64,000 nt of DNA from Chrysomallon squamiferum (lineage: Eukaryota > Animalia > Mollusca), in the NCBI GenBank assembly GCA_012295275.1, contig CM022670.1, positions 16,864,001 through 16,928,000 of the forward strand, written 5' to 3'. This document shows positions 30,392 through 45,788 of this stretch, one piece after another. The position numbers and the translations under genes were made by a program. The notes beneath the pieces were generated by a model, which was given only the letters and a program-made list of their open reading frames with translations, made no database searches and had not been told where the DNA came from. The first letter of the stretch is position 1, and each line of letters opens with the position of its first letter.

Positions 30392-30779
30392 TTAGTTAAT
30401 AAAATATTACTATCGTGATATTTAAACTTTAATCGGATATGATAAAATTATGTTTACTGAGAGCACGATCTAGTCACTCGTGTGGTTAAGACAAGTTTTC
30501 TTGTCTTTACTCTACATCTATTTATAATATATCTGGAGAAACAAAACACGGTTTTTGCAGAACTTGGTTCTCAACATTTTTTGCTCTTTTTTTTCGCCAC
30601 GAAATTGAAACGAAATTTGCCAGCAGGAAATTGACAGATCGACTTTTCTCCAAGGTGTTCTTCTCTACGCGATCGCTTCGCCATGGTTGGTAAACGAAGT
30701 CTGCTAGTGTTTTATCAAAGAAAAACAAACTGTAGTCTGTCTGTCACAAACCTGACACGCCATTCACGGCAGCATTAAA

Positions 30780-30960
30780 ACCATGTTTCCATCGCTGGCA
30801 TGTTTACACTGGCTCTGGCCAATCAGATCTCGGCGGAGCGAGAAGATATCGACATGTTCCGGAGAACAACCAATTAAACAAACAGTTTCCATACAGTAAC
30901 ACTGCAGTGGTCGCGCCCTTTGGAATTCGAGGGCGTTACCACCACCCTGCTACCTTACGC
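30780..30960 (+). promoter_or_regulatory. Putative Dmrt proximal promoter (CCAAT boxes, forkhead site)
   Basis: GC-richer island just upstream of the ATG, with GGCCAATCAG at 30817-30826 (NF-Y consensus), AACCAATT at 30868-30875 and TGTTTAC at 30801-30807. Confidence 0.5.
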
Positions 30961-31041
30961 TAAGATACAGATAAGAGCGAAATAAAATCTAACGCTTTGT
31001 CATAGCTGTAGCGAGTATTGGAACACTGCGCGTTTTCAGGC

Positions 31042-31408
31042 ATGAATTCCATGACGCTGTACCCCCTAACGGAGAAGGGGAGTCGCAAGCCCAAATGTGC
31101 GCGCTGTCGCAACCACGGGATGGTGTCGTGGCTGAAGGGGCACAAGAGACACTGCGGTTACAAGGACTGTAACTGTCCCAAGTGTAACCTGATCGCGGAG
31201 AGACAGAGAGTGATGGCTGCGCAAGTCGCTCTGAAGAGACAACAGGCCGCCGAGGACGCCATAGCCATGGGTCTGCGAGCCTGCGTCACCGAGGCGCCGA
31301 TTCCAGTGATGACGGCGGGGCCTCTGTGGGGGCCGGGCACCGTGACAGCACCGCAAATCACTGAGGCGGAGAGAGCGTCCATAAAGTCACAGCAGACGAC
31401 AGAAACAG
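31042..31408 (+). CDS. dmrt93B: Dmrt (doublesex/mab-3 related) transcription factor, Dmrt93B-type, coding exon 1 (DM zinc-binding DNA-binding domain)
   Basis: ATG at 31042. Translation contains the DM domain [64 protein letters not shown]. The [11 protein letters not shown] tail resembles Dmrt93B/dmd-4 more than DmrtA2 (RRQQAQEE), from memory. Ends at donor ACAG|GTGAGA (intron starts 31409), phase 1. Confidence 0.93.
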
Positions 31409-32931
31409 GTGAGAAGATTTGATATGATTATGTCACATGGATTCCATCATATCATGTAAATAGCATCATTCATCTTACCTTTCCATCATACCACCTCGTT
31501 GTATCACATCACATCATTCTGTCGCATTACATGACATCACTGTATCACATCACATCATTGTATCGTTGCGTCACATCATTGTATCACATGACGTCATTTC
31601 ATCACATGACGTCATTGCATCACATCACACAAGTCCACAAGTAAAATAAACATTCGAGTAAATATGATGTTTGCCTAAACTACTTTCACAAACTCTCAAG
31701 TTTTCTGTTTCTTTATAAAAGATGATTCGAGTATTTGATCTCTCGCATCCAAAATATCTTTGACAATGAATGTCAGTTCTGTTGTCTGCGCAAGTCAAAG
31801 TCTGGATAATACAAAATTCCGTCAGGTAAATTAAACATAGCAGCAAATAAAAGGCAGAATATAAAACTATATTTAATTTTCATTTGGAAATAACTGCAGT
31901 TACATTTCTCTCAAAATTAGTACTTTATATAATAACAGTAATTTCATATAAATGCAGAGATTTGAAATAAACATACATTAAAAATTAAAAGTTCATGAAA
32001 TACAATTTTCCGTATTTTATTTTCATCCAGTTTAGAAAATTTTCATTGAATTTAAATAAATAATATTTTACCTGTTTACAGTTCTTGAAACATAGATATC
32101 AGTGATATCAATATGTTAAATAAATTGACATTTGATTTCGATATTAAAATCAGGAAAAGACAAGACATTCCGTTCTTATTTCTTAACGAGCGGAAACTTT
32201 GAAATGTATTTACTGAAATTTCTGTAATTTATTATTGTAAATAAAAAAGGTAAAATAAGAAAAGAAAAAAAAGTATAATTTTTACTCAGTAATAAAAAAC
32301 TGGTGAATGAATAATTTAAAAATATAATGTATATATTTTAAAATACTTTTTTTCTAAAATATAAAGTGCTTATTATTTCAAAAATATAATTTTTCATGAA
32401 ACTTCACTTTTTAGATTTCAAAATGTAAAATTATAACTGAAATTGTTATATTTATTGCATATATTTTCATGACATATTACTATTATTGTTGTTGTTAATG
32501 TTGTGTTATTACTTCTCTTATTATTATCATCATCATCATCGTCATTTCTCATTATTATTATTATTATTATTATTATTTTATAAAGACAAAATGATGTGGT
32601 TTAATATTTTCAAATTAATTGAAATTTACATTCTGTCGAAAATAATATAATAAAATAACAATTTTTAAAAATGTTATATTTTTTACTAAAAACCAAAACA
32701 ATATAAACAACAGTATCTAACACTAGCAGTGGCTAAACCGATGTTTTGACTTTTGTGACACGAGTTCGATTTCACAACACGAAATGTTACCATTTTTATA
32801 CTGCTGTAGCAAAATTATTAAACTTTTGTATCTGAATTTAATAAACAATTAAATTTCAGTTTCAGTCGAATAGGCTATTTTACTACGTACATTTAAAAAA
32901 ATAAAATTACCTTATTCTATTATTATTATTA

Positions 32932-32964
<33 letters not shown>

Positions 32965-33669
32965 CTTATTTTTTCACGAAAAGGTTTATTATATGATTTC
33001 TTTTTTAAAATAATTAATTTGAGTTTTATTCGATTTTTTAAATTTTATTATCTAAATTTTTTAATGTTTTTATTTTTATATTTCTTTAGTTTGGTTTGAC
33101 ACACACACACGCACACACACACACACACACTCACTAGCACAGAAACACACGCACACATACAAACAAATACACCTTACATGCATATATATATCCATACATA
33201 CATACATATATTAAAGAATCATAAACAAAAAATATATGAGCTATATTACATGATGGTTTTATTTATAATGAAATCATCCCGTGAGAAGAAACGTCAAATA
33301 AAATAAAATAATAATAAAATATGACGAAACAACAACAAAATTATTAATAACAAATTATAAATGAAACGTTAAGAAATAAAAACTAAATACTAAAAAGTAA
33401 ATAAAAGAAAATAACGAAAAAGTGAAATAAATTTACGCGAATAAATATTTCTAACTTAAAACTGAAACTTTGTTTTAGTTTATAAAAAGAAAATTTCTAA
33501 TCCATGCTATCATGAATGTTACAAACAAAATCAGATAAAATAATTTAAAAAGAGAGAGACAGAGATAGAGAAAGAAAGAAAGAAAGAAAAAAGAAAAGAA
33601 AAGAAAAGAAATATTAAAAATTCAGAAACTGTCAATAACAGAAATAATAAAAAGATAATTAAATAAAAA

Positions 33670-33706
<37 letters not shown>

Positions 33707-35472
33707 TTGTGAAGCATAGGAGCATTTTAATTTGAAATTTAATTTTAGTTAAGAAATAAATTGCAGAAAGTAACAAAGTATTGTAACAGATTAGTAACAC
33801 ATCTGTAAACTAACAAAATGAGATATTTTATATTAAAATATTTGTAAATACAGCAACAATAAAAAAACATACTACTACTACTAATAATAATGATATATAT
33901 ATATATATATATATATACTTTTTATGATATAATTACTTGAATTCACACATTCATATATACACATAAAATATTAAATATTTGTATTATATACAATATATTA
34001 ACTTTTATCATTTAAAGTTTTGTAAAAAAAGAACAACAGATTACTGATATACAATATAAATTAATAATGATATTTACAAAATGCGCAGCATTCATTTTAC
34101 AGTTTATTTTTGATGTTTTATATAAAATTTGAATTTATCAAAACAAAATATTTTTAATGCTAACAAGAATTATCCACGCTCATTTATCAGTTGTCTTTAA
34201 TCGTATAATTATTTTTTATTTTATACTTTCTAAACACTTAATATCTTCTTGAATAGCAAAATAATTGCGTTGTTTATAAACTTTGTCGCACGTATTAAAA
34301 AATAATATATAAATAAATAAATGAAAATTATCACAAATGAATTCGTTTGATATAAGTTGTATTTCTAAAAGTCTAAAACTTTACAGAACCATTTTACTAT
34401 ATTGCACCAGATGCTAAGGTGAACATGGATGTATATTTAATTTATATATATATATATATATATATCCTATTTAGAACCGATTTTGTTTATTATCTACTTT
34501 AAATAATACTTAATTTTATTCTCATGAATAGTAAAACAGTTTCTGAATACGATATCTCAAATATTCGTTTTTATAAAAATATACATATATTTATATGTAT
34601 ATAAAATAAATAAATTAATTAATTAATAAATAAATATTAAAAATTATGAATACAGTACAACCAAACAAACAAACAAACAAACAAACAAAAATTATCACAA
34701 TCCAAATCAACTGCACTTCCAATGAACTTAAAAACTTTTACAAAATCCATTTTAATGTACTGCACTATGTACGAAGGTTAACACGGACACACAGAATTAA
34801 AAAATATAAAAAATATAAAAAAAATAAAAAATATCGTATTTAGGACCGTTTCCTAGACACATGGTTATCGTTGTTACTGAGGAAATCATTCGACGTAACA
34901 GTCGGTGCACGGTGTAACATTGCGAGGAGTTTGGCTTGAAGACACGACGTCGGTGGCGGTAAGAACAATAACCAGCGGCGCCGGGATGGACGAAAAAGAC
35001 ACTTCCTACCTTGTCACCACACAGCGCTTCCGTGAAATGTTTATGGCGAACACGTTAAGACAACTGATTACGTGTTTCTCTCTCACATCTGTTTTTGTCC
35101 CACGTTTTCTGTTTCGTTTGACAGATCACTCCAGCTAGAATAGAACGTTACTGATAGCATGGTAAAATAAATATTTATATGTAATAGATTTTTTTTTTTT
35201 TTTTTTTTATTGAAATTAATATTATTATTATTTGTAATGGAAAGTAGTAATAGTAGTAGTAGTTGTAGTAGTAGTAGTAATAGCACTGGTAGTATTTTTT
35301 ATATCATTATGATCATAATCGTCGTTGTTGTTGTTAAATTGATATTGATGAGTTACAAAAAATTGCCACAAAATATACATTATAGTAATAATTACACTTA
35401 TGATTAGAATGATTGGTTGCAGTTGTAATAAAAATTATTAATAATATTAGTAATATTCATGTATTATTATTA

Positions 35473-35511
<39 letters not shown>

Positions 35512-35619
35512 TTACTATTATTATTTTTTATTATTATTGTCATCATAATCATTTCATATTCATTATTATCATCATCATCGTCATCATTATTATTTTTGTT
35601 GTTGCTGCTGTAATTGTCT

Positions 35620-35661
<42 letters not shown>

Positions 35662-36808
35662 TTATCAGTAGTAAAATTAATTGATAATAATAATATAAAA
35701 GTGATATCTGTAGAGATTAATTTACAAATATTATATGTCATTAAGACTTTATTCGTTAATTCTTCTTCTGTATTCATTTGATATTTTGGTTAAAGTTGTT
35801 CGCCCGTCAAACCAACAAGAGTTTAGAATTTTAATAAGAATAAAATGTATCTTAGTGTTCTGTCCTAAACATTAAAAACTAACTATATGTATTCTTAATC
35901 AAAAACAACCTTTAAAATATACAGTTGTCATTTTGCCTTTTAAAACTTTTACTCCATATTCTCCAGGCTTTATATTTATAAATATTAGTTACTCCAAAAC
36001 GATCTTAGATACAGTCCACATTTTAATAAATGAAAAAGAACCACCCCCAAAAAAAAAAAAATTTATATAATAAACAAATCTCGAATTTTATAAATGTTAC
36101 CAGTATATTTATAAAATAAAATAATACTGATAAAGAAATATCAATTAAACGTCATTTTTACATCATGATATTTTGTAGAAAAAAAACACACACTATATTA
36201 ACTCTGAGAATGATAATAAATATAATTTATCTTAATTTGAAATTATTATCCTTTTATATTTCTAAATATTAATTAATGTACAGTCTTAATGCGTGCTTAT
36301 GTGCGTCTGTGTGTATTTTAATTATTATCCAGGCCCCATTTTTCCACAGCAGACGAAATTTTTTCATAATAATGCATTAACTCCAGACTTGAAAAGTTAA
36401 TCTGTTTATTTATAGTTTAAAGGGCGTGTAGCCTGACTTATAAACACGCGTTAACAAGAAATTCATTGCTTTATGGTAATAGGTAATAAATATTTACGAA
36501 AGATGAACTGTGGATAACGCTGCATTCAATTATATACTCTTAAACGAAGACAGTTAATTGGAATGTACTCAGTTTTAGAATGAATATTGCATACATTTGT
36601 TATTATATACCGATAAATATATTTTAATTTGATGTAATTTGACAAGCTAAAGACTGAAATGTAATAAAAAAAATAAAATTATTATTTCTTTGATATTTAG
36701 TATGGTTATTTGTTATTCAGATAAAATGTAAGTCAGAAGTTGTAATTATTTTAATCACTGTTTTATTTTTATTTTTTATGTTCAATTTATAAAAAAAAAA
36801 AAAAAAAA

Positions 36809-36846
<38 letters not shown>

Positions 36847-36962
36847 TAATGATGATGATTATAATGATGATGATGATAATAATAACAAAAATAATAATAA
36901 TGATGATGATGATGATTACGCTTATGATAATTGTAATAATGACAGTAATCATGATGACAACG

Positions 36963-37018
<56 letters not shown>

Positions 37019-37084
37019 CGACATAATATATCCTTATAAACATTTTGCTTTCTTTTTTAAAATTTCATCAAAATGTTTCAAAAG

Positions 37085-37115
<31 letters not shown>

Positions 37116-37807
37116 TATATTATTAACAAACGTATTATAATACTGACTATAATAAATACATGGTTGCCAGTATCAATGGCCGTCATATAAAGGTCATAAA
37201 TGTTTCTGGTGTTCAAGTAACGAAAACGCAAAGGAAAGAAACAAAATCGGAATGGTTTCATCTCTACGTATCGGAATATATCTGTTCTCTCACTCGCAGA
37301 AAAAAGGTCATGTATTTTCTATCTCCAGACTTGACCAAACCGAAACTTTCTTTAATCTTCGGTTGCAATTCCCCTATCACTTGCCCACTCGCTCTCCAAG
37401 CATCTCTTTCCGCCGAACGAGAAATATTCATAAAATAGTTTCGCCTTTTTCTTTTCTCTCGCAATTCGAGGAATTTGTTGGCAGAATTCTGCATGTGTTT
37501 ACGTCTGCTAGTATCGCCACTGATATCAATTTATTCCATATGCACAAACCATTTACAGCGCATTGTTCTGCGTTTTTTCAATATGGTTGTTTTCCGCATG
37601 AGAGAGACCACCTCGGTGTCCTTGCACAAAAACTGCGAAATCTTCGTGTTTCAAACTGACGTAAAGTATCGCTTATTTTAGTTTTAGTTTCTGTCTGTTT
37701 CTTTAGATTGCTTCATATCTGTTTGTGTGTGTATATATATGTGTGTGTGTGTGTGTGTTTCGATAGTTTGTTTCATGTGTGTATTTGTGTGTGTATATAT
37801 ATATATG

Positions 37808-37841
<34 letters not shown>

Positions 37842-39347
37842 TGTATGTGTGTGTATGTATATGTATATCTGTATCTACATCTATCTATATATCTGTAAAT
37901 ATATGTGTGTGTGTGTACATGTAAGTTCATTATTTTATCAATGTAGTTTTCTACAGTTATTATTTATTTAAATATTTATTTATTTATTTATTTCGTTTTA
38001 TTTATTTGTTTTGTTTTCATTTTATTTGTTTTGTTTTTTTTAATTTTTGTTTTTGTTTTTGTTTGTTTTCTTTAATTCTCGTTTCTTACTTTTGTAAAAA
38101 TTTACTTCTGGTAAATAGATTTGTCGTCAGTTTTGAAATTAGAAAATATTAACATGGTTAAGAATGTTCAGAAATATAAACTCGTTTCTGTAATATACTT
38201 TTATTACTAAAAATAATTTATTTCCTCAGCTTTTTTTACATATATTCATTCATCTTCCCATACTTTCACGCGAGTCCATCCGTCCTTCCATATATCCAGT
38301 CATCCATTCATCAATACATACATACATACATACATACACATACATACATACTAGTTTCTGTAAATATTTGATTATATATATACACACACACACATATATA
38401 TATGTATACATAATCTAATTAGATGCACATAAGACAATAGAATATTTATATATCCATACAAGAAAAAAACAATCACTCTCAAAGATATACATACACATAC
38501 ACACAGACACTTAGATATACATACATAAAGTAATAAAGATAGCATTTTATCATTCAATCATATTAAAGTTGTTGTTTATAAATAGTTTCTTTCTCTTCGA
38601 CATCATTTACCGCTTGAATTTTTTTTTTAAATAGTTCTTTTTACCGAATTAATGATTTTGTTTTTTCAAATGAAAGTAATAGTTAGTGTTTTAATATTTA
38701 ATTATTTAAATAAAATAATGAATTTTTAACGACACCCCAGCACGAAAAAAAAAAATTAAATAGTAAAACAGTATTATCAGAATTTATATGAAACAGTATA
38801 AAAAGCTGTGCAAAATATATGGATCACACTTAAGTGAAATATAAAATTTATTTAAATATTTTTGTTAATTATTGTAACTCCATTAAAATGACGTTAATGT
38901 ATAAAAAGGTTATTTTTCATGAATTTGCAGTCGTCTATTCACTGTCAGAATTAAATTTTTATTTCATACAGTGAATTAAATTTTTTTAATTTAGTAGCGT
39001 ATGAATCGAGTATTGGGAGAACTAAACGTATCTAAAGTATTTTATGAAAATGTAAAGATAGCTAATTATTTTTGATAAAAAAAATATACATGTTGTATAT
39101 ATATGTACTTTACAAATGAAAAAATATTTTTAATGATTTATGTAATTAATTGCACATGACTTTTTTTGTTTTGTTTTATGCAACACAAAATTTAAATCAT
39201 CAAAAACAAATTACATTTGAATTATATATTGCTTTATCAAAAAAGTGATTTCGTATTTAAATGAGAAAAAAAATCATCATATTTTTTACCTTTATTATTT
39301 GTGAAATTAAATAGATAAAAATCAGGCATGTAATTAATTAAACAAAT

Positions 39348-39415
<68 letters not shown>

Positions 39416-42400
39416 CATATATACACAGACACAAATACATATACATATATTTAAAGTGCATTTGTAAATACACATCTTGTGAGATTATATATTTTGTGCT
39501 TACTGATTACTGCTCTTGATTACTGAACTCTTATTTCATTTTAACATATAAACACAGCGCTGATAACATCCTTTTTTCTGAAACGTTCTCTCCGCCACTG
39601 AGTCTGGTGTATTTGTGTGTGGGTGTTGTGCACTTTTGAATGCACGTTCATCTGTTAAATGTTATATAAGTGAAGTCATGTGTTACATTTATAACGTTGT
39701 TAACACATGGGTTATATATTATTCAACCCCACAAGTTGATTTGTGTCAAAGTGAAAGTAGTAAAAACAGTGACATCTACGAGTACATATTTTTGAATATA
39801 TGACACAAAACATTTTTTAAAAATTCAAAAGTAAAACAGAAGAAAAAGAAAAAAATGAAAATTCTGGTAATGTTAAGACAGATATTTGTATTAAAATATG
39901 TAAAATGATGTGTATTTGTATTTACATAATTCTATATATATATATATTTTTAAATTTCCATGGTATATAAGTAATTGAATATGTATGTGTACGTATACAA
40001 ATGCATTGTTATTTGTACTGGAAAGTATGCACTAATATTTCTTTAAAATATATATATATTTAAATTCTCTGAATTATAGTTCTTTAGTATTACAAGTTTA
40101 ATATATATTTATTCGCACACGCAGACACTCACAAACACACACACACACGTGTATTAAAATAAAAAATCTTACGTATTTATATTTATATAATTTTATATTA
40201 TTTTAAATCCGCTGATATATATTTAATTCAAAATATGTTATAAGTATAAAATAAATATATATATACATTATAATTTGTACTAAAATATATAAGCTGACGT
40301 ATTTTTATAATTTCTATAAATGTATTTTTATAGTCTTTGATATATTCCTGTAGTTAACTAAAAATTATTGTAAATATATATATATATATATATATTCGTT
40401 ATCATTTATACTAAAATATATTGTAAATGTAATATATATATATATGTATGTATGCATTTATGTATGTATGTATAGGTACGCATGTATGTATGTACGTATG
40501 CATGTATGTATGTATACACACAAACACATAACCATCATCACAGTGGTTATTAAAAAAAGAATTCAGTCCATATAGTCAGGGCCATTTCACGTAGAAAACA
40601 TTTCACACTTTGAAAATTAAATAAAAGTTAAAAATGGCTAAATATTGACAGATCAGTTATATTCATAATGCCTTCCTGTGGCGTATTTATATAATATTCT
40701 ACATCAGAACCATTGTAAAACCTGAAACCTTTGAAACGGCCAATAATCAACAGCGACATAAAATCACATTTTCACACACACACAGAGCGTAATTCGGTAA
40801 CTTAAACACATTAGCTCAGCAAACCGTATCCATGACAACGTGACGGTTATGGAAAATTAATGAATAATGTGAATCGGATGTAATATTATAGAAATGAAGG
40901 ACATTTATGTAACTTTGTATTATTTAAACGGTGGATATAGCGTTACGGTTAAAAACAGAAACAAAAAACGTTTTTTAAAAAAAAAAGACTAATTTTGATA
41001 CGTCGGCTAAGCCTTCAAATGTATATAACAATATACTGATAATTACTTTATACGTTGTTGTAATTTTCTCCGTTGTTTACAAAGCTGTTGACTAGTCAGT
41101 GGTGGTAAACAAAACAGAATTGTTTTTTGTTGGTACAGCATCGTAGTATGCAAACTGTGTCTGCGTTACTGAACCCCTCAGAAACAAAGAAAGCGTTACT
41201 GGCTAACCTTGTATCCATGGTTACGGTAAATACGTGATTATATTTATTTAATATCATGTTTCTGTGTGATAGATAAAGAATAATAATAATAAAAAAGTTG
41301 TTTTAACGATTATAAAATTATTGATAGACAATCAATCAGTACAAATAAATAGATTATACAAAATAATTATCATTCTCAAAAAAAAAAAATCTAAATTTAA
41401 CATATACAGAATTAAATAATAAAAAAAAATTATTAGCAGAACAACAAAATACCAAGCAGCTAAACAAAACAAAAAAATAATTTAAAAAAAAATAAATAAA
41501 AATATAAATAAAAAATATAAATAAAAAATAAACAAAAATAAAAATAAAAATAAAATATTATATCATTCCATCGTCTGAACAAAACACATACGCACACACA
41601 GAGATACACAAACAACAAATATAATCCAGAAAGATAACAAATAAAAATATAATAAATAACAAAAATAATAAGAAACTGAATAAGTAAGTAAGTAAGTAAT
41701 GAAATAAATAAATAAATAAATAAATAAATAAAACAAAAGAAACGAAACAGCAAACAACTGGAAGCAAAACAGCAAACAGTCACACGAAGAACGTGACTTG
41801 AGTGGTATGTAAACTATTGCTTCTCGTTATTCTCGTTTTCGCGTCGAGAGAGACACGTCATGTGTAAGAACAATGATTATTTTGAATTATTGTAATATCG
41901 AACGGTCTGTGCGTCTGTCTGTTTGTTCAGCAAATGCTGATGGCGTCTGGCACACGTGTTTTCAGACATTTAATACCCGTATACAAGCTCGGCGGTTAAC
42001 AAGTATACACTTTTTTAATTGTTCCGTCAGATTCTCTCTCTCCCTCTGTTTTTTTTTTTTTTTTTTTTATTTTTTTTTACACACGTAAACGCACATACAC
42101 ATAACATCGGTCGGAGAAGATTACCTCTGTTTTGACAGCTCTGGCTGGTTAAATATTTTTACTATCGGTGTGTTAAATGTTATAACAAATGGTCGGTGTA
42201 AATGAAGGGTACGCGCGGCTGAAATAGCAACATTTGTGTGTATAAATAAGCAAGGCAAACATCGAGTGACTGTCGGCTTGAACGGGGCCAAGCCAGGGTC
42301 GACAACTTGTGCACGCTCGTTACTAAGGCGGAGCTCTCTAATTGAGAGACTGGTAACTTTCTCGCCAGGTGTAGCAACTTCGTAATTAACTTCTTGCCAC

Positions 42401-43070
42401 CATTTGCCCGCTCACTTCAGAAGAACTGTCACTTATTTACGAACGTAAACCAAGACGTATTGATACAGACTTCGAGCTGAGTACAGTTTGTTAGACAAGC
42501 ATGTTGAGTGCAATATTCTGAGATGTCTATGTTTCAAACACTCCCGTTACTCAAAAATTTCATAAAGGTGACTTTGATTTTTAAAAGTTAAAAACACATT
42601 TTCCATGTTTCTGTAGTAATACAGATACCTGTATATTCATTTATTCACTTTTGTAAAATCCATATAATTATAATACAAATCTTCTCAGATAGACAAAACA
42701 TCACTAAAACAAATAAAAACAGAATATATATATATACAAATAAAATAAAAAAAAATGAAATTACTTTAAATTAAAAATAATTATATAAATATACGGTTTC
42801 GTTTTATTCAAATACTTCACTGCTCGTTTCTCTTCGCTACGTCACATATACCAAGATAAAATGTTTAATTAAGAGGGGTTTGTTTTATTTAAGACAGAAA
42901 AGTATCTGAAAATAAAAAAGCTACTGCCGCCGCACATGTGTAAATATATATAAAATAAATAAGTAAATAAATAAATAAATCTTCCCCAAATATACAGAAC
43001 TTAATAATAAAGTGTAATAAAGTTATGCCTTTGTATAAGTTAAATTTAAATTGTATTAAAATCATCAACA

Positions 43071-43107
<37 letters not shown>

Positions 43108-43699
43108 GTTATAAATATATAGTTCTGTATCTAAAGCAGCTTTTGTTCTGTACTTTTTGAAATCCTTCTATGATGATTTTTACCTATTGCAAATTGAAAT
43201 TATCTATATTGATAAATGTGTTTCTTTCGTATTTTGTTGTTGTTGTTTTGAAAAGTGAATAATTAAATACAGTTTTCAATTTTATAGGATTATTATTCTT
43301 TTGCTTTGTTACCTAAAAAACCCCACATAATATAAACTATTTTTTCCACATTTCCAGTGCCATTTTCTTTTTTCCCTGATGCCATTATTTCCCAGTGACT
43401 TTTTTTTTTTTTTTTTTTTTTTTGTACTTCACAGCATGCACCTAAGTGTTTATTTATTTAGTTAGTTACTTACTTATTTATAAGGAAGTATGTAAAATGG
43501 TTCTGAAAGGTCTGTCAGACTAACTGTTGACGATTCGGGTGTGTCAAATATTCCGTGTTTAGTTTCTTGACACGTCTCCAGGTACTCTCTTCCTTAAAAG
43601 CTTTTTCAGATACTTTTTAATCTCATTGTCAAATACGTTGTCACTGCGTATTTGTCACACTTGTCCGAGGTTGCTGTGTCCAGATCAAGTCAGACGAGT

Positions 43700-44930
43700 G
43701 TTCTGTGTTACCAGATAACTGTTATTAATAACAGTAATTTAACTTGAAAAAACAAACTTCTGTTGTGTAATTTAACAAGAAAAATAAACTGCTGTGTATT
43801 ATTAGATAAATAGTAATTTAACTTGAAAAAAAAAATAAACTGTTGTGTATTACTAGATAGATAACTATTTTTAATAACAGTAATTTAATTAATAACAAGA
43901 GTAATTTAACGTGAAAAAATAAACTATTGTGTATTAATAGATAGATAACTATTTTTAATAAAAGTAATTTTATTTAAAAAATAAACTGTTGTGTATTCCT
44001 AGATAGATAAATATTATTAATAACAGTAATTTAACTTGAAAAAATAAACAGTTCTGTGTTACCACATAACTATTTTTAATAACAGTAATATATCATGAAA
44101 AAATAAACTATTGTGTATTAATAGATAGATAACTATCTTTAATAACAGTAATTTAACGTGAAAAAATAAACTGTTGTGTTTAACTAGATAGATAACTATT
44201 TTTAATAACAGTAATTTAACTTGAAAAAAATAAACTGTTGTATATTACTGTTTAACTAGATAGATAAAAATAATTTTTAATAACAATTTTTAATGTTATT
44301 TAACATAAAAAATAAAAATAAACTTGTGAATTACAAGATAACTATTTTTAATAACAGCAATTTAACTTGAAAAAATAAACTTGTGTATTACTAGATAGAT
44401 AACTATTTTTAATAACAGTAATTTAACGTGAAAAAATAAACTGTTGTGTATTATTAGATAGATAACTATTTTTAATAACTGTTATTTAACTTGAAAAACA
44501 AACTACCAGATAGATAACTATTTTTATTTAACTTGAAAAAATAAACTTGTGTATTTAGATAACTTTTTACTAGATATGAAAAATAAACTATTTTTAATAA
44601 CAGCAATTTAACTTGAAAAAATAAACTTGTGTATTACATAGATAACTATTTTTAATAAACAGCAATTTAAAAAATAAAAAATGTGTATTCCTAGATAGAA
44701 AAATATTATTAGATAACTAATTTTTGAAAAAATAAACTGTTGTGTATTACTAATTTAACTATTTTTTAACAGTAAAAATGAAAAAATAAAAGTTACCTGT
44801 TATTTATAATATTAAAATCATGAAAAATAAACTGTTGTGTATTTTTATAACTAACTGAACATAACATGAAAAAATAAACTGTTGTATTCTAGAAAACTAT
44901 TTTTAATATCAGTAATTTAATTAGAAAAGG
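43700..44930. repeat. AT-rich tandem array of ~60-63-bp units in the Dmrt intron
   Basis: Consensus about AACAGTAATTTAACTTGAAAAAATAAACTGTTGTGTATTACTAGATAGATAACTATTTTTAAT, roughly 20 copies, increasingly scrambled towards the 3' end. Confidence 0.85.
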
Positions 44931-45788
44931 ACTTTTGATATATTAAATAATACGTATTTTTTATAACTGAACAGGACAAAATAAACTGTTTATTCTGTTA
45001 AATTACTTTTTGATATAAGTAATATAACATAGGACAAAATGAACTGTTACTAGATAGATAGGTATAGTAAATAAAAATAACTTAACTTAGGGAAAACAAT
45101 GTTCATTCTGTCAGTTGACTTTGTAATGTAGCTGATTGCTTGACTGTTTGATTGTTTATTTATTTATTTATTTTTGTTGTTATTGTCTAGTAAATCTGGA
45201 AATTTGTCTAGAAAGAGAAAATCGACATTTCAACGAAAAATCAAATTACAGTTTGTGTTTGTAACAATTGTTGTATTTACCAATTAAACAAGCGACGCTT
45301 ATTATTATTATTATTATTTTTATTATTGATATTGTCATTTTTATTTATAGTTTAAAAGAAAGTCTCTTATAGAGAGAGAGAGAGAGAGAATAATATAGGA
45401 GATGTTATTTGTAATTAATGAATGTATTATGACTCAATATGTTCCCCAGAATAAAGCACTGTTATATAATATATTCAATCAGTATATTCTCCACCCCCAA
45501 ATGAAAGCACAATTTTCATATATATTCAACAATGAATAATATAAAGTTGTGTTGTGAACAGAATTAGTTATTTATATTTACTATATCTATCTATCTAGTA
45601 ATAGACAACAGTTCATTTTGTCCTATGTTATATTACTTATATCAAAAAGTCCTATCTATTTAACAGAATACAACAGTTTATTTTTTCATGTTCAGTTAGT
45701 TATAAAAAAATACGTATCTATTTAATAATACACAACAGTCTAATTTTTCACATTAAATTACTGTTATTAAAGATAGTTTTCTATTAGA
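44930..45788. repeat. Long inverted repeat (arms ~44930-45085 and ~45563-45788) adjacent to the Dmrt exon 2 acceptor
   Basis: ACTTTTTGATATAAGTAATATAACATAGGACAAAATGAAC (~45005-45044) is the exact reverse complement of GTTCATTTTGTCCTATGTTATATTACTTATATCAAAAAGT (45611-45650). Bases 45724-45788 form one inverted copy of the tandem unit. Confidence 0.85.

Noticed and set aside
30455-30480. Minus-strand TGACTAGATC resembling the miR-279/miR-996 5' end
   Set aside because: No complementary arm nearby to form a pre-miRNA hairpin, and the 3' part does not match the mature miRNA.
31066-31382. Antisense ORFs over Dmrt exon 1 (and 45753-46114 over exon 2)
   Set aside because: Shadow ORFs of GC-rich coding sequence.
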